A stretch of 64,000 nucleotides of DNA from the NCBI GenBank assembly GCA_963834905.1, contig CAWIDR010000006.1, positions 1,388-65,387 on the forward strand. The letters are read 5' to 3'. The stretch's first letter is position 1. Each line of letters begins with the position of its first letter. The notes below the pieces were generated by a model that was not told where the DNA came from, did no database searches, and was given only the letters and a program-made list of their open reading frames with translations. This document shows, one piece after another, positions 53,742 to 64,000 of the stretch. The position numbers were made by a program, and so were the translations under genes. Source of the stretch: an uncultured Thermoleophilia bacterium (GTDB taxonomy: Bacteria > Actinomycetota > Thermoleophilia > UBA2241).

Positions 53742-53747
53742 ATTCTA
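53742..53747 (-). promoter_or_regulatory. -10 box TAGAAT placed 7 nt before the pucR-like ATG (leaderless transcript candidate)
   Basis: The minus strand reads gtgTAGAATcccggcgATG, with no Shine-Dalgarno between. Confidence 0.35.
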
Positions 53748-53820
53748 CACGATGTCCTAGTACAGCGCGAGGGTGTGTCGCGTTCAGAAGTGCGAAGGCT
53801 TTGTACGTTCTGGCAGCCCG

Positions 53821-55475
53821 TCAGGAGCGCCGCAGCACCTGTCCGGGCAGCTCCGCGGTGCTCACGCCCTCCTCGAGCACGGGCACGCCGTTCACCAGCA
53901 CCCAGTCGATGCCCTCGGGCGCGGCGTGCGGGATGTTCTCGAAGGGGAACGCGTGCGGGTACAGGTTCGTCGCCCGGTCGCGCACGCGGTCCAGGTCGAA
54001 CACCACGACGTCCGCCTTGAGCCCGGGGCGCAGCGCACCCCGGTCGAAGAGGCGGAAGCGCTGCGCCGGGAAGGAGGTCATCTTGCGGATGGCCTCCTCG
54101 AGGCGCAGCACCGGCTCCTCGCGCACGTAGCGCTCGAGCACGCCCGGGTACTCCCCGTAGCTGCACGGCCAGTACAGCGACGGGTCGTCGAGCTCGTCCG
54201 GCGGCGCCATCACGAGCCCGTCGGACGAGATCATCGCGATGCGGGCTCTGCAGCAGGGCGCGGATGTTCTTCTCCTCGATGTAGTCGAAGAGGCCGATGA
54301 TGTCGTCGTCCTCCTCGACGATGAGGTCGAGGAAGGTATCGAAGCCGTCGGCCCCGCGCTCGGCGGCGATGTCGGCCACCGAGCGGCCGCGCAGCTCCGG
54401 GTGGCGGCCGGCGTGGAACACGACCACCCGGTCGAAGCGGCCGTGCCGGACCACGCCCGCGTAGCCGGCGCCCGGCAGCGTGTCCTCGGCCACTTCTCGC
54501 TTCAACAGGGCGCGCCCTTCCGGGTCCGACAACAGGAAGATCAGCGCGTCGTGGTCGAGGTCGAGGACCGGCTGCGGCAGCGCCCGCGAGAGGCGCGGCG
54601 CGAGGTCGGTGTGCACGTCGTTGTCGGTGGTGGCGTCGAGGCCGCCGCGGCGCGCGTCCTCGATCAGCCCGAGGTTGGCCGACGCGTCCTCGGGAGCGCC
54701 CCACTTGGGCGCGTTGTGCGAGACCTCCACGGGGCAGCCGGCGGCGCGCCCGAGCTCGAGCGCCTCCGCGACCGCGGCGAGGATCGTCTCGCGCTCGCCG
54801 CGCACGTGGCTCGTGTAGATGCCCTGATGCCGCGCGACGACCCTGCACAGGCGCAGGAGCTCCTCGGTGCTCGGCGAAGCAGCCGGGCGGGTAGACGAGC
54901 CCGCTGGACATCCCGTGCGCGCCTGCGCGCAGGGAGGCGTCGAGCAGCCGCTCCATGCGCGCCAGCTCCCGCTCGGTGACGGCTCGCTCGGCGAAGCCCA
55001 CGACGGCGAGCCGCAGCGCGCCGTGGCCGACGAGCGGCGCGATGTTGATCGCGTGGCCGGCACGGCGCACGGCGTCGAGATACTGGCGGAACGTGCGCCA
55101 GTCCCAGGCCACGCGGTCCAGCCCCCAGGCGTAGTGCGCCCAGTTCTGGACGGCGTCGTCGCGGTGCGCCTCCGTCAGCGGCGCCGCCGACATGCCGCAG
55201 TTGCCGGTGACGTGCGTCGTGACGCCCTGGCGCACCGCCGTCTCGGCGCGCGGATGCAGCAGGATCGTGAGGTCCGAGTGCGTGTGCGGGTCGATGAAGC
55301 CGGGGGTGACGTAGCGGTCGGCGGCCTCGACGACGCGCCGGCCGCGCAGCGTCCCCGGCGCGCCGATCGCCGCGATCCGGTCGCCGCGCACGGCGACGTC
55401 GCCGCGATACCAGGGGTTGCCGCAGCCGTCGACGATGCGACCGCCGGCGATCACGAGGTCGTGGACGCGGCTCAC
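53821..55475 (-). CDS. N-acyl-D-amino-acid deacylase (D-aminoacylase) family amidohydrolase; two frame changes (about 54880 and 54240)
   Basis: The GTG at 55475 overlaps the C45 stop (GTGA). VSRVHDLVIAGGRIVDGCGNPWYRGDVAVRGDRIAAIG...VTPGFIDPHTHSD...GVTTHVTGNCG... | ...GIYTSHVRGE...EVSHNAPKWG... | C-terminal ...LKADVVVFDLDRVRDRAT...GIDWVLVNGVPV. Confidence 0.8.
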
Positions 55476-56575
55476 GCCTCCCCCATCTCGAAGACCTCGT
55501 AGGGGTTCTCGCAGGGAGGGCCGGCGCAGGCATAGACGCGGCGCTCGTCCAGGTCGCAGATCATGCTGCCGACGGTCATGCCCTGGTCGGCCGGCGTCAC
55601 GTCCGGCTCCGGGTGGCCGCAGATGCACTCCTCGGGCGAGGGCTCGTGCGTGCGCAGGACCCGGGCCACGAGGTCCACCGGGTCCTCACCGGCCGCGATC
55701 CCCTCCTCGAGCAGTCGCTCCGCGGTCGCGATCCGCACGGCGGACTCCCCGCCGGGGTAGCCCTCGTAGGGCTGCATGGCCGGCGAGACGTAGTGGTTGG
55801 AGTGCGCCATGAAGCCCGCCTCGGTGTGGTCCATGAGGGCGTGTGCGGTCGCCGACGTCTCCAGGTCCCAGAGCCGCCCGCCGGTGTCGGCGAAGAACTG
55901 GTTGGTGCCGCGGGCGCGGTCGGCGAGCAAGCCCCGGTCCCGCGCCTCCTCCAGCGTCCGCGCCTCCAGCGTCGCCCGGCGCACGAACACGTTGGGGACG
56001 CCGATGCGGTTGTCGGTGGAGTGCACCGAGTTGCTCACGTTGCCGATGCCGTGGCTGTTCATGCCCAGCATGAGGAGGTAGGGCGCGCCGGCGAGGCCCA
56101 TGATGCGGGTCCCGTCCGGCCCGGTGAGGTCGAAGAAGACGTTGTTGACGGCGTCGATGACGTACCAGTCCATGTTGTGACCGACGATGTGGCGGCCCCC
56201 GGCGGCGACGGCGACGGCCGTGCAGTGGTCGCCGGAGCGCGGCGAGCCGGGCGGAACGCCGGTGACCGGCTCCGCCGAGGTGAACTCCTCGCCGCAGTTC
56301 AGGACCAGCAGGCGGGCGAAGGGTACGTGAGACCCCTCGGCCAGACCCTCGAGCTCCTCGACGTGGCCCGGCAGCCAGCGCCGCGCCTGCTCGGCATACG
56401 CGAGCGCCTGGCGCTCCGCCTCGTCGAACGTCAGCCGGCCGTCCGTCATGGACGTGAAGTTCTCGCGGAAGAAGTCGACGGAGGCAAGGACCTGCTCGCG
56501 CGCCGACTCACCGACGGCGCGGCCGAGCTCCCGGTATGAGCCTCTCGCCTGGACGTGGACGAACGGGATGGCCAT
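55472..56575 (-). CDS. Peptidase C45 / acyl-CoA:6-aminopenicillanic-acid acyltransferase-family Ntn hydrolase
   Basis: Intact 367 aa: MAIPFVHVQARGSYRELGRAVGESAREQV...SGDHCTAVAV (candidate nucleophile Cys)...GHNMDW...GMNSHGIGNVSNSV...GTNQFFAD. Confidence 0.7.
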   Translation of the reverse strand: MAIPFVHVQARGSYRELGRAVGESAREQVLASVDFFRENFTSMTDGRLTFDEAERQALAYAEQARRWLPGHVEELEGLAEGSHVPFARLLVLNCGEEFTSAEPVTGVPPGSPRSGDHCTAVAVAAGGRHIVGHNMDWYVIDAVNNVFFDLTGPDGTRIMGLAGAPYLLMLGMNSHGIGNVSNSVHSTDNRIGVPNVFVRRATLEARTLEEARDRGLLADRARGTNQFFADTGGRLWDLETSATAHALMDHTEAGFMAHSNHYVSPAMQPYEGYPGGESAVRIATAERLLEEGIAAGEDPVDLVARVLRTHEPSPEECICGHPEPDVTPADQGMTVGSMICDLDERRVYACAGPPCENPYEVFEMGEA

Positions 56576-56584
56576 GACCGCAGT

Positions 56585-58060
56585 CTACCGCGCGAGCACG
56601 GCGCGCGGGTCGGGGTGACCGGTCACGCCGAGCTCGGAGGCGCAGCGGTCGATGAGTCCGATGAGTTCGTCGAGGATGTCGTCCGGCAGGCCGACCGGCT
56701 CCCGGTCGGCCAGCTCGGCGGCCCTGTCAGAGGCGAGGTCGACGAGACCCGCACGCCCGGACGCAAGCCAGTCGCCGAGGCCGCCGCGGTAGCTGAGCAG
56801 CGGGCTCACGAATTCGCTGCGGATGTAGCGGCGCGTGTGCTTCGTGCCGAGGAACCCGCGCCCGGAGAGCGCGCCGTCGACCATCGCGTCGACGTCGAGC
56901 GCGTCGACGTCCCACGGCCGCGGCGTGAGCGCGTAGCGCACGTTGTTGAGCACCTCGTCGTCGATCACGAGCACCTCGAGGCAGCTGGCCACGCCGGCCT
57001 GGATCTCGCCGATGCCGGAGAGCAGGCGCGGCTTGGGCGCCAGGCCCAGCAGCGCGTTGACGGAGCGCTCGTAGCCGAACTGCGCGTCGACCACCTTGCT
57101 GTCGCTGCAGGGGCCGTAGCAGTCGCAGGCCAGGCCGCAGCGGCGGGCGAGGAGCACGGCCGCCGCCGAGGCGACCCCGGTCTCCGGTGTGCCGCTGACC
57201 ACGACGCCGCTGCGCGGGTCCACGGCGCTGAGACGCGGCCCGTAGTAGACCGGCGTCCCGGGCGCCGCCGCCTGCGTCAGCACGACGCCGGCCAGCACCT
57301 CGGCGTGCTGCTGGGCGAGCGCCGCCGACAGCGAGCCGGGCGCCGTGGTGGCGGCGGCCGGGCACGGCAGGATCTCCACGGCCACGCCGCCGCGGCGGAC
57401 CTGGGTGGTGAGCGCGTCTGAGACGTCGCCGCCGAGGATCAGCGGGCTCACCGGCGAGAAGGCGAGGTCGATCGGATACACGCCGTCCGTCCCGTCCGCG
57501 CCGGTGACCACCTGCGCCATCTCCTGCAGGTAGCGCGCCTGGAACGGATGCGAGATGCCGGGGCCGCCGATGGCCTTGTCGGTCTCGAACGCCAGGATCA
57601 GGTACGAGTACAGCGGCTCGAGCAGGTCGGGCACATCCTGGGGCTGCCAGAGCGACGTGACCTGCTGCTGGTGCACCAGGTTGTGCATGACGCGGGTCGC
57701 GAGGACCTGGTCGTGCAGCGTCGCCCGGCGCAAGGCGCCGGTGCGCGGATCGGCCACGTCGGCGGCGCCGCCCAGGTTGTGCACGTAGGTCACGCCGGGG
57801 TCCGGGTCCATCTCGAGGGAGCGCTCGGGGTCGCGCGCGGCGAGCACGTACTCGCGCGGGCAGGCGGCGAGCGCGTCCTCCACGACTTGCCTCGGGATCG
57901 TGAGACGGTCCTCGCCGGCCGGGCTGCAGCCCGCCTCGAGCAGCAGCTCTCGCGTGGCCGGCGACTCCACGCGCACGCCTGCTCGCTCGAGCAGGGCGAG
58001 AGCGGCGACATGCATCGCCTCGATCGCTTCATCGGGCCACACGGCGATGGACTGGGTCAT
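56585..58060 (-). CDS. MttB-superfamily (trimethylamine methyltransferase-like) protein, non-pyrrolysine member
   Basis: Intact 491 aa with no internal stop. IEAMHVAALALLERAGVRVESPATRELLLEAGC...TIPRQVVEDALAACPRE...DLAFSPVSPLILGGDVSDAL...VEILPCPAAATTAPGSL...DEVLNNVRYAL...FLGTKHTRRYIRSEF. Confidence 0.75.
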   Translation of the reverse strand: MTQSIAVWPDEAIEAMHVAALALLERAGVRVESPATRELLLEAGCSPAGEDRLTIPRQVVEDALAACPREYVLAARDPERSLEMDPDPGVTYVHNLGGAADVADPRTGALRRATLHDQVLATRVMHNLVHQQQVTSLWQPQDVPDLLEPLYSYLILAFETDKAIGGPGISHPFQARYLQEMAQVVTGADGTDGVYPIDLAFSPVSPLILGGDVSDALTTQVRRGGVAVEILPCPAAATTAPGSLSAALAQQHAEVLAGVVLTQAAAPGTPVYYGPRLSAVDPRSGVVVSGTPETGVASAAAVLLARRCGLACDCYGPCSDSKVVDAQFGYERSVNALLGLAPKPRLLSGIGEIQAGVASCLEVLVIDDEVLNNVRYALTPRPWDVDALDVDAMVDGALSGRGFLGTKHTRRYIRSEFVSPLLSYRGGLGDWLASGRAGLVDLASDRAAELADREPVGLPDDILDELIGLIDRCASELGVTGHPDPRAVLAR

Positions 58061-58097
58061 TCTTCATCCTCTCGCGTCGGTCGTACCTCAGGCTTCG

Positions 58098-59965
58098 TCA
58101 TTCGTCCTCCGGGGCCTTGCGGCGGCGAAGGAGCGCAAAGGCCACCGCGCCCGCAGCGACGACCGCGACGAGCCAGCGCCCACACCCACTCGCGGGACGT
58201 GTCTTCGGCGGGCAGCGCCGCCGTCCGCAGCGGCCGCAGCGCGACATAGGTGGCGCGCAGCTGGTTCCAGAAGGGAGCGCCGTCGCCGGACGGCGCCAGG
58301 GCGTAGCCGGTCCACTTGTCGGTCCGGTACGCCTGCAGGTTCACGTTGTACCAGAGGACCACGTACGGGTCGTCGCGGTACAGGATCTTCTGCATGGCGT
58401 CCGTATAGGCCTTGCGCCGGGTGATGTCGTCGGGGTGCGCGGGATCGAGCGCTTGCGCCTGCCGCACGAAGAGCCGGTCGTAGTCGGGGTTGGAATACTG
58501 GCTGTCGCTCCACCCCATGATCTGGGACGTCGTGAAGGTGCTGAGGATGAACCCGGGGTCGACGTCGCCGCCCCAGCTCCAGACGAAGAGGTCGTAGTCG
58601 GCGTCGTTGAAGATCGCGTCGCTGAAGGAGCGTTCATCCATGTGCTCGAGGCGCAGGCGGATGCCCACGTCGCGGCACCACCCGACGATCATCCGCGCCG
58701 CAGTCAGGTCCTCGGGGTACTCGTCGAGGGCGGTGAGCCGGAACGACAGCTCGTGACCGGCCGCGTCCTCACGCACGCCGTCCGCGTCCCGGTCGGCGTA
58801 GCCGGCGTCGTCGAGGATCTGCTTGGCACGCTGCGGGTCGTAGCGGTACTGCGCGTCCGTGGGCACGTCCCAGCGCCACTCGGCCTGCGCCGGCGAGAGC
58901 AGGGACGTCGCGGGCTCGGCCAGCCCGGCCATCGCGGTCGCCGCGATCTGGCGCTTGTCGATCGCCCAGTGGACGGCCCGGCGGATGGACGGGTCGCGCA
59001 GCAGCGGGTTCCCCTTGCTGCGCGGGCTCTGCCAGCAGTTGAAGCCCAGCTCGTGGAAGCCGATGGCCGGAGAGGCCACGGTCGACGTCCCCGGCATCCC
59101 GGCGTAGAACTGCTCGTAGGTCGCCGGGAAGTCGACCACGGCGTCCAGCTCGCCTGAGCGGTACAGATCGGCAAGCGTGTCCGCGTCGTCGCCGGCGACG
59201 AAGGTGACGGAGTCGAGGCTGGGAGCGCCGCCCAGCGCGGCGGGATAGTCGGGGACGGCCTCGAGGCGGACCCGGCCGCCCTGCTCGAGGCTCGCCACCC
59301 GGAACGGGCCCGAGCCGACGAACGGCAGGTTGCCGAACTCGCCCAGGCGGTCGGGGTCCACCTGCGCCCAGATGTGCTCCGGCAGGATGGGGATGGCGAG
59401 CGCCAGCATGCCGGTGCTCGGCTTCCGCGTCGCGATCACCAGCGTGGCGTCATCGGGGGCGGTGACCGAGGTGACGCCGGTCAGGTACTGGATGTACGCG
59501 GGCTGCCGCGTGTCGAGGATCAGGTTGTAGGTGAAGGCGACGTCGCCGGCCGTGAGCGGCACGCCGTCCTGCCACTTCATGCCCTCCCTGATGTGGAACG
59601 TCCAGGTCAGGCCGTCCTCGGAGGTCTCCCAGCTGGTGGCGATGTCGGGAGCCGGCCGGTAGTCGGCGTCGTACCAGGTGAGGAAGTCGTAGCCGAGGCG
59701 GAAGCACTCCCACGAGACCGAACTCCAGGAGCTGAAGGGGTTCACCCCGTCGCACTTCTGCGAGATGCCGATGCGGTAGTCGAGCGCACCGGGAGCGGCA
59801 GAGGTGACGGGAGACGCCGGCGAGGCGGGCGAGGCGGACGGTGAAGCCGCCGCGAGGCCGGCGCCGGCGAGCAGGACGGCCGCCGCGGCGAGCGCCGCCG
59901 CGGCGAGCAGCGACGGCGCGCGGCGCGAGCCCGGCTCGCGTCGTTCCCCCGTCGCTGCGTCTCAT
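58098..59965 (-). CDS. ABC transporter substrate-binding protein, family 5 (DppA/OppA-like); frame changes near 59945 and 58160
   Basis: The ATG at 59965 follows AAGGAG. Removing one G from GGGGG gives [42 protein letters not shown].... The core of the 562-aa ORF reads [41 protein letters not shown].... The track ORF ends at 58057. An alternative frame gives a C-terminal TM anchor, [26 protein letters not shown], ending at 58098. Confidence 0.8.
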
Positions 59966-60052
59966 CTGGCGGCTCCTTCGCATGCTCGCACGCGGACCGG
60001 CCGGGGCGGTGAGCGCCTCTCCGGCCCCACCGCCCCGGCCGGTCCTCCTCCG

Positions 60053-61090
60053 CTACTTGATCCTGATGCAGGCGGCGTAGTGATCGCCGCCGATGTGGAC
60101 GTCTTCGGGGTCGATCTCGCTGCAGGCGTCGATCGCCTCCGGGCAGCGCGGGTGGAAGCGGCAGCCCGTCGGGATGTCGACCGGGTTCGGGGTCTCGCCC
60201 TTGAGGATGACGTGCTCCCGCTTGGCCAGCGGGTCCGGCACCGGGATCACGCTGATCAGCGCCTTGGTGTACGGGTGCTTGGGATTGGCCACGACCTCCT
60301 CGGTGTTGCCGATCTCGACGATGCGCCCGAGGTACATCACGGCGATGCGGTCGGAGATCACCCAGGCCAGCGAGAGGTCGTGCGTGATGAAGATGTAGGT
60401 GACGCCGAGCTTCTCCTTCTCCTCCACCATCAGCTTGAGGATGTCGTTGCGGATGGAGACGTCGAGGGAGGCGACCGGCTCGTCGGCGACGATCACGTCG
60501 GGGTCGAGCACCGTGGCGCCGGCGATGCAGACGCGCTGCCGCTGCCCGCCGGAGAGCTCGTGCGGGTAGCGGTAGAGGTACTCGGTCGCCGGCCGCAGGC
60601 CGGCCTCGCTGATCGCGGTGATGACCCGGTCTTCCTTCTCGCGCTCGCTCGAGGTGACGTTGTTGACCTCGAGCGGCTCGGCGACGATGTCGAAGATCGT
60701 CTGCTTGGGATTGATGGAGTTGTAGGGGTCCTGGAAGATGATCTGCGCCTTCTTGCGGTACTCGCGCAGCTCCTTGCCGCTGAACTTCTGGACCGGCTTG
60801 CCCTTGTAGATGATCTCGCCGCCGGTCGCCTCCTCCAGGCGCAGGAGGGTGCGGCCGGTCGTGGTCTTGCCGCACCCCGACTCCCCGACCAGGGCGAGGA
60901 TCTCGCCCTTCATGATCTGGAAGGTGATGTGGTCGACCGCCTTCACGAACTTCTTCTCGGTGGCGACCATGCTCTTGAAGAAGCCCTGCTGGATCGGGAA
61001 GTAGACCTCGAGGTCCTTGATGTCGAAGAGGACCTCGCCGGTCTCCGGCGCGAGCTTGAGGTCCGGGCGTTCGGACTGCTCCGTGGCCAT
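60053..61090 (-). CDS. Oligopeptide/dipeptide ABC transporter ATPase (OppF/DppF-like)
   Basis: ATG at 61090. Walker [32 protein letters not shown] and the C-terminal oligopeptide domain ([11 protein letters not shown]...GCRFHPRC) are present. The frame is intact. Confidence 0.85.
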   Translation of the reverse strand: MATEQSERPDLKLAPETGEVLFDIKDLEVYFPIQQGFFKSMVATEKKFVKAVDHITFQIMKGEILALVGESGCGKTTTGRTLLRLEEATGGEIIYKGKPVQKFSGKELREYRKKAQIIFQDPYNSINPKQTIFDIVAEPLEVNNVTSSEREKEDRVITAISEAGLRPATEYLYRYPHELSGGQRQRVCIAGATVLDPDVIVADEPVASLDVSIRNDILKLMVEEKEKLGVTYIFITHDLSLAWVISDRIAVMYLGRIVEIGNTEEVVANPKHPYTKALISVIPVPDPLAKREHVILKGETPNPVDIPTGCRFHPRCPEAIDACSEIDPEDVHIGGDHYAACIRIK

Positions 61091-61092
61091 CG

Positions 61093-62138
<1,046 letters not shown>

Positions 62139-62139
<1 letters not shown>

Positions 62140-63681
62140 CAGTCCTCCCCCTTCTCGTCGTCGGCTATGTGGCCGCCGACCCAGCCGCCGCCCTCGGGAC
62201 GGTTGATGGTGCCGCCGGCCGGCTTGTCGAAGTCGGGCATGGCGTCGTCGGTCTGCTGGCCGGGCGTGAAGATGCCCGCGCTGCCGCCCATGCCGGCGCC
62301 GCCGGCCACGGCGATGGCCGGCTCACCGCGAGCCGTGAACCGGCTCTCGGTGCTGCTGTCCTCGCGCTTGCGGAGCTTGGGATCGAGCACTTCGTCGTAC
62401 GCCGTGCCGATGAAGGTGAAGGCGAGCACGACGAGGATGATGGCGATGCCCGGAGGCAGCAGGTACCACCACGCCGGCAGGCCGGCCGCGCCGTTCACCC
62501 AGGCGTAGTGGAGCATGGTGCCCCAGCTGAAGTTGAGCGGGTCGCCAAGGCCGAGGAACGAGAGCGTCGTCTCCGAGAGGATGGCGATGGCCACGACGAG
62601 CACGAGGTTGGCGAAGATGAGCGGCATCACGTTGGGCAGCACGTGCTTGGTCATGATGTGGCGGTTGCTCGGAGCCGATCGCCTTGGCGCGCTCGATGAA
62701 GCTCAGCTCGCGCACGCGCAGCACGTCCGAACGGACGACGCGCGCGGTGCCCGGCCAGCTGGTGATGCCGATGATGAGGATGATCATCCAGTAGTTCTGA
62801 CCCCAGGCGGCGGCGAGCACCATCGCCAGCGGCAGCCACGGGATGACCAGGAACGCGTCTGTTAAGCGCATCCAGCCTTCGCCTTGCCAGCCCCCGTAGA
62901 AGCCGGCGGCGATGCCGATGCCGGCGCCGAGGACGGTGGACATGAAGGCGGCCAGGAGGCCGACCATGAGCGAGATGCGCGCGCTCCAGATGAACTGGGC
63001 GAGCACGCTCTGCCCCACCTGATCGGTACCGAACCAGTTGTAGTAGGACAGGGTCGGCGGGTGATACGGGCCGTAGAGCTCGCCCGTGGCCGGGTCCTTG
63101 ATCTGCGCGTTGGGATCGAGCAGTGCGTGGTCGGCCAGGAACGGGGCCAGGAGCGCCATGACCATGAAGACGACGAGGATGCCGAGGCCGACCATGCCCT
63201 GCCAATTGGCGCGGTACAGCTTCCACACCTGATGCGTGTTCCAGGTGGTGAGCTCCGCGCGCTCGGGGTTGCCCGCGGCCCAGAACCAGACACTGGCGCC
63301 GCCAAGGACGACGGCCACCGTCTGCAGGGCCCAGTTGTAGGAGATCGCGTTGACGCTGCCCGACCAGCCTCCAGCTCCACTGGCGCCGGCAAGGTAGCCC
63401 CAGACGAAGAACACGACGGCTTCCGCGACGAGGAGCAGATTCATGACCTTGGCCTTGGACCTGCGAAGGAGCCCGATCGCCCCGCCGAGGAGACAGAGGA
63501 GGCCGACCAGGATCAGCGCCCACGCCGGGTAGGCGCCGACACTTGCGGAGAAGAAGCCCTTGATCACCTCGGAAAGGCCGCTGGAGAGGGGCACTGTCTT
63601 CGGATACGTGAGCAGCTCGAGGACGACCCAGACGATGATCGTCCAGAAGATGACCCAGTTCCGGAAGCGACGGGGGATCAT
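62139..63681 (-). CDS. ABC transporter permease (OppC/DppC-like) with a long N-terminal multi-TM extension and hydrophilic C-terminal tail; one frame change near 62665
   Basis: The N-terminal ~200 aa contain several hydrophobic helices. The permease core follows: WFGTDQVGQSVLAQFIWSARISLMVGLLAAF...GITSWPGTARVVRSDVLRVRELSFIERAKAIGS | ...HIMTKHVLPNVMPLIFANLVLVVAIAILSETTLSFLGLG. A Gly/Asp-rich tail of about 80 aa closes the protein. Confidence 0.8.
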
Positions 63682-64000
63682 GCCTGCACCCTTGGGTCGA
63701 GGTAGTAGTACATGATGTCGGCGATGAGGTTGGCGACGATCACGGCGATGCTGGCGATGAGGAACACCAACTGCATGACCGGGTAGTCGCGCTTCTGCAT
63801 CGAGTCGAAGGACAACAGCCCGAGTCCGGGCCAGTTGAACACGGCCTCCGCGAGGATCGCACCCGACATCACGAAGCCGAGGTTCATCATCACGATGGTC
63901 ACCGTCGGCAGCATCGCGTTGGGCACCACGTGGCGCCAGAGGACGGCGTTCTCGCTGAGGCCCTTGGCGCGAGCCGTGAGCGCGAAGTCCTCCTTCATGA
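63678..64000 (-). CDS. ABC transporter permease (OppB/DppB-like), 3' part only (gene continues beyond right edge)
   Basis: ...EDFALTARAKGLSENAVLWRHVVPNAMLPTVTIVMMNLGFVMSGAILAEAVFNWPGLGLL...IADIMYYYLDPRVQA*. The stop overlaps the next permease start. Confidence 0.8.
   Translation of the reverse strand, partial: MKEDFALTARAKGLSENAVLWRHVVPNAMLPTVTIVMMNLGFVMSGAILAEAVFNWPGLGLLSFDSMQKRDYPVMQLVFLIASIAVIVANLIADIMYYYLDPRVQA

Noticed and set aside
52085-55063. 992-aa minus-strand ORF taken at face value
   Set aside because: It is a composite. The C-terminal 549 aa are the PucR-type regulator. The N-terminal part is one frame of the D-aminoacylase gene plus intergenic read-through.
58150-58200. Sortase (LPXTG-type) sorting signal at the SBP C-terminus
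   Set aside because: The only LP-containing segment is LPAEDTS, which does not match LPXTG or LAXTG. The hydrophobic helix plus RRRK tail is better described as a plain membrane anchor.

Overview
This is a high-GC bacterial chromosome segment, roughly 68-70 % GC by eye.

**Central block (about 21.3-45.3 kb, almost all minus strand).** It holds housekeeping genes in this order: ispF-ispD, a PIN/TRAM gene, carD, radA, clpC, lysS, greA, dus, coaX, nadC-nadB, folK-folB-folP-folE, ftsH, hpt, tilS, then an initiator tRNA-Met. From memory, this is the conserved arrangement of Actinomycetota such as Mycobacterium, so the source is probably an actinobacterium.

**Left accessory block (1-21 kb).**
- Three paralogous molybdopterin enzymes that look like pyrogallol-phloroglucinol transhydroxylase (AthL/BthL type): alpha1 alone, alpha2-beta2 and alpha3-beta3.
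- Two IclR regulators, SDR oxidoreductases and an aldehyde dehydrogenase.
- An apparently fused mobA-mobB, a second mobB, modABC behind a candidate Moco riboswitch, and tatA.

**Right accessory block (45.3-64 kb).**
- An NlpC/P60 hydrolase, a tungsten/molybdenum aldehyde:ferredoxin oxidoreductase and alanine dehydrogenase.
- A class-A beta-lactamase-like hydrolase coupled to an SDR.
- A long minus-strand operon: Opp/Dpp-type ABC importer, non-pyrrolysine MttB homologue, C45 Ntn-hydrolase, D-aminoacylase, followed by a PucR-type regulator.

I saw no rRNA, CRISPR array, transposase, integrase or phage genes.

**Broken reading frames.** Many genes are interrupted by single-base indels, and two carry an in-frame TAG. 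The interruptions are very unevenly distributed: 2.1-13.3 kb is riddled with them, while clpC, ftsH, radA, mttB and pucR are intact. I rebuilt interrupted genes by joining ORF-track fragments wherever the protein sequence continues sensibly. Their outer coordinates are reasonably firm, but the frameshift positions are approximate. All family assignments rest on motif recognition and memory, not on database searches.
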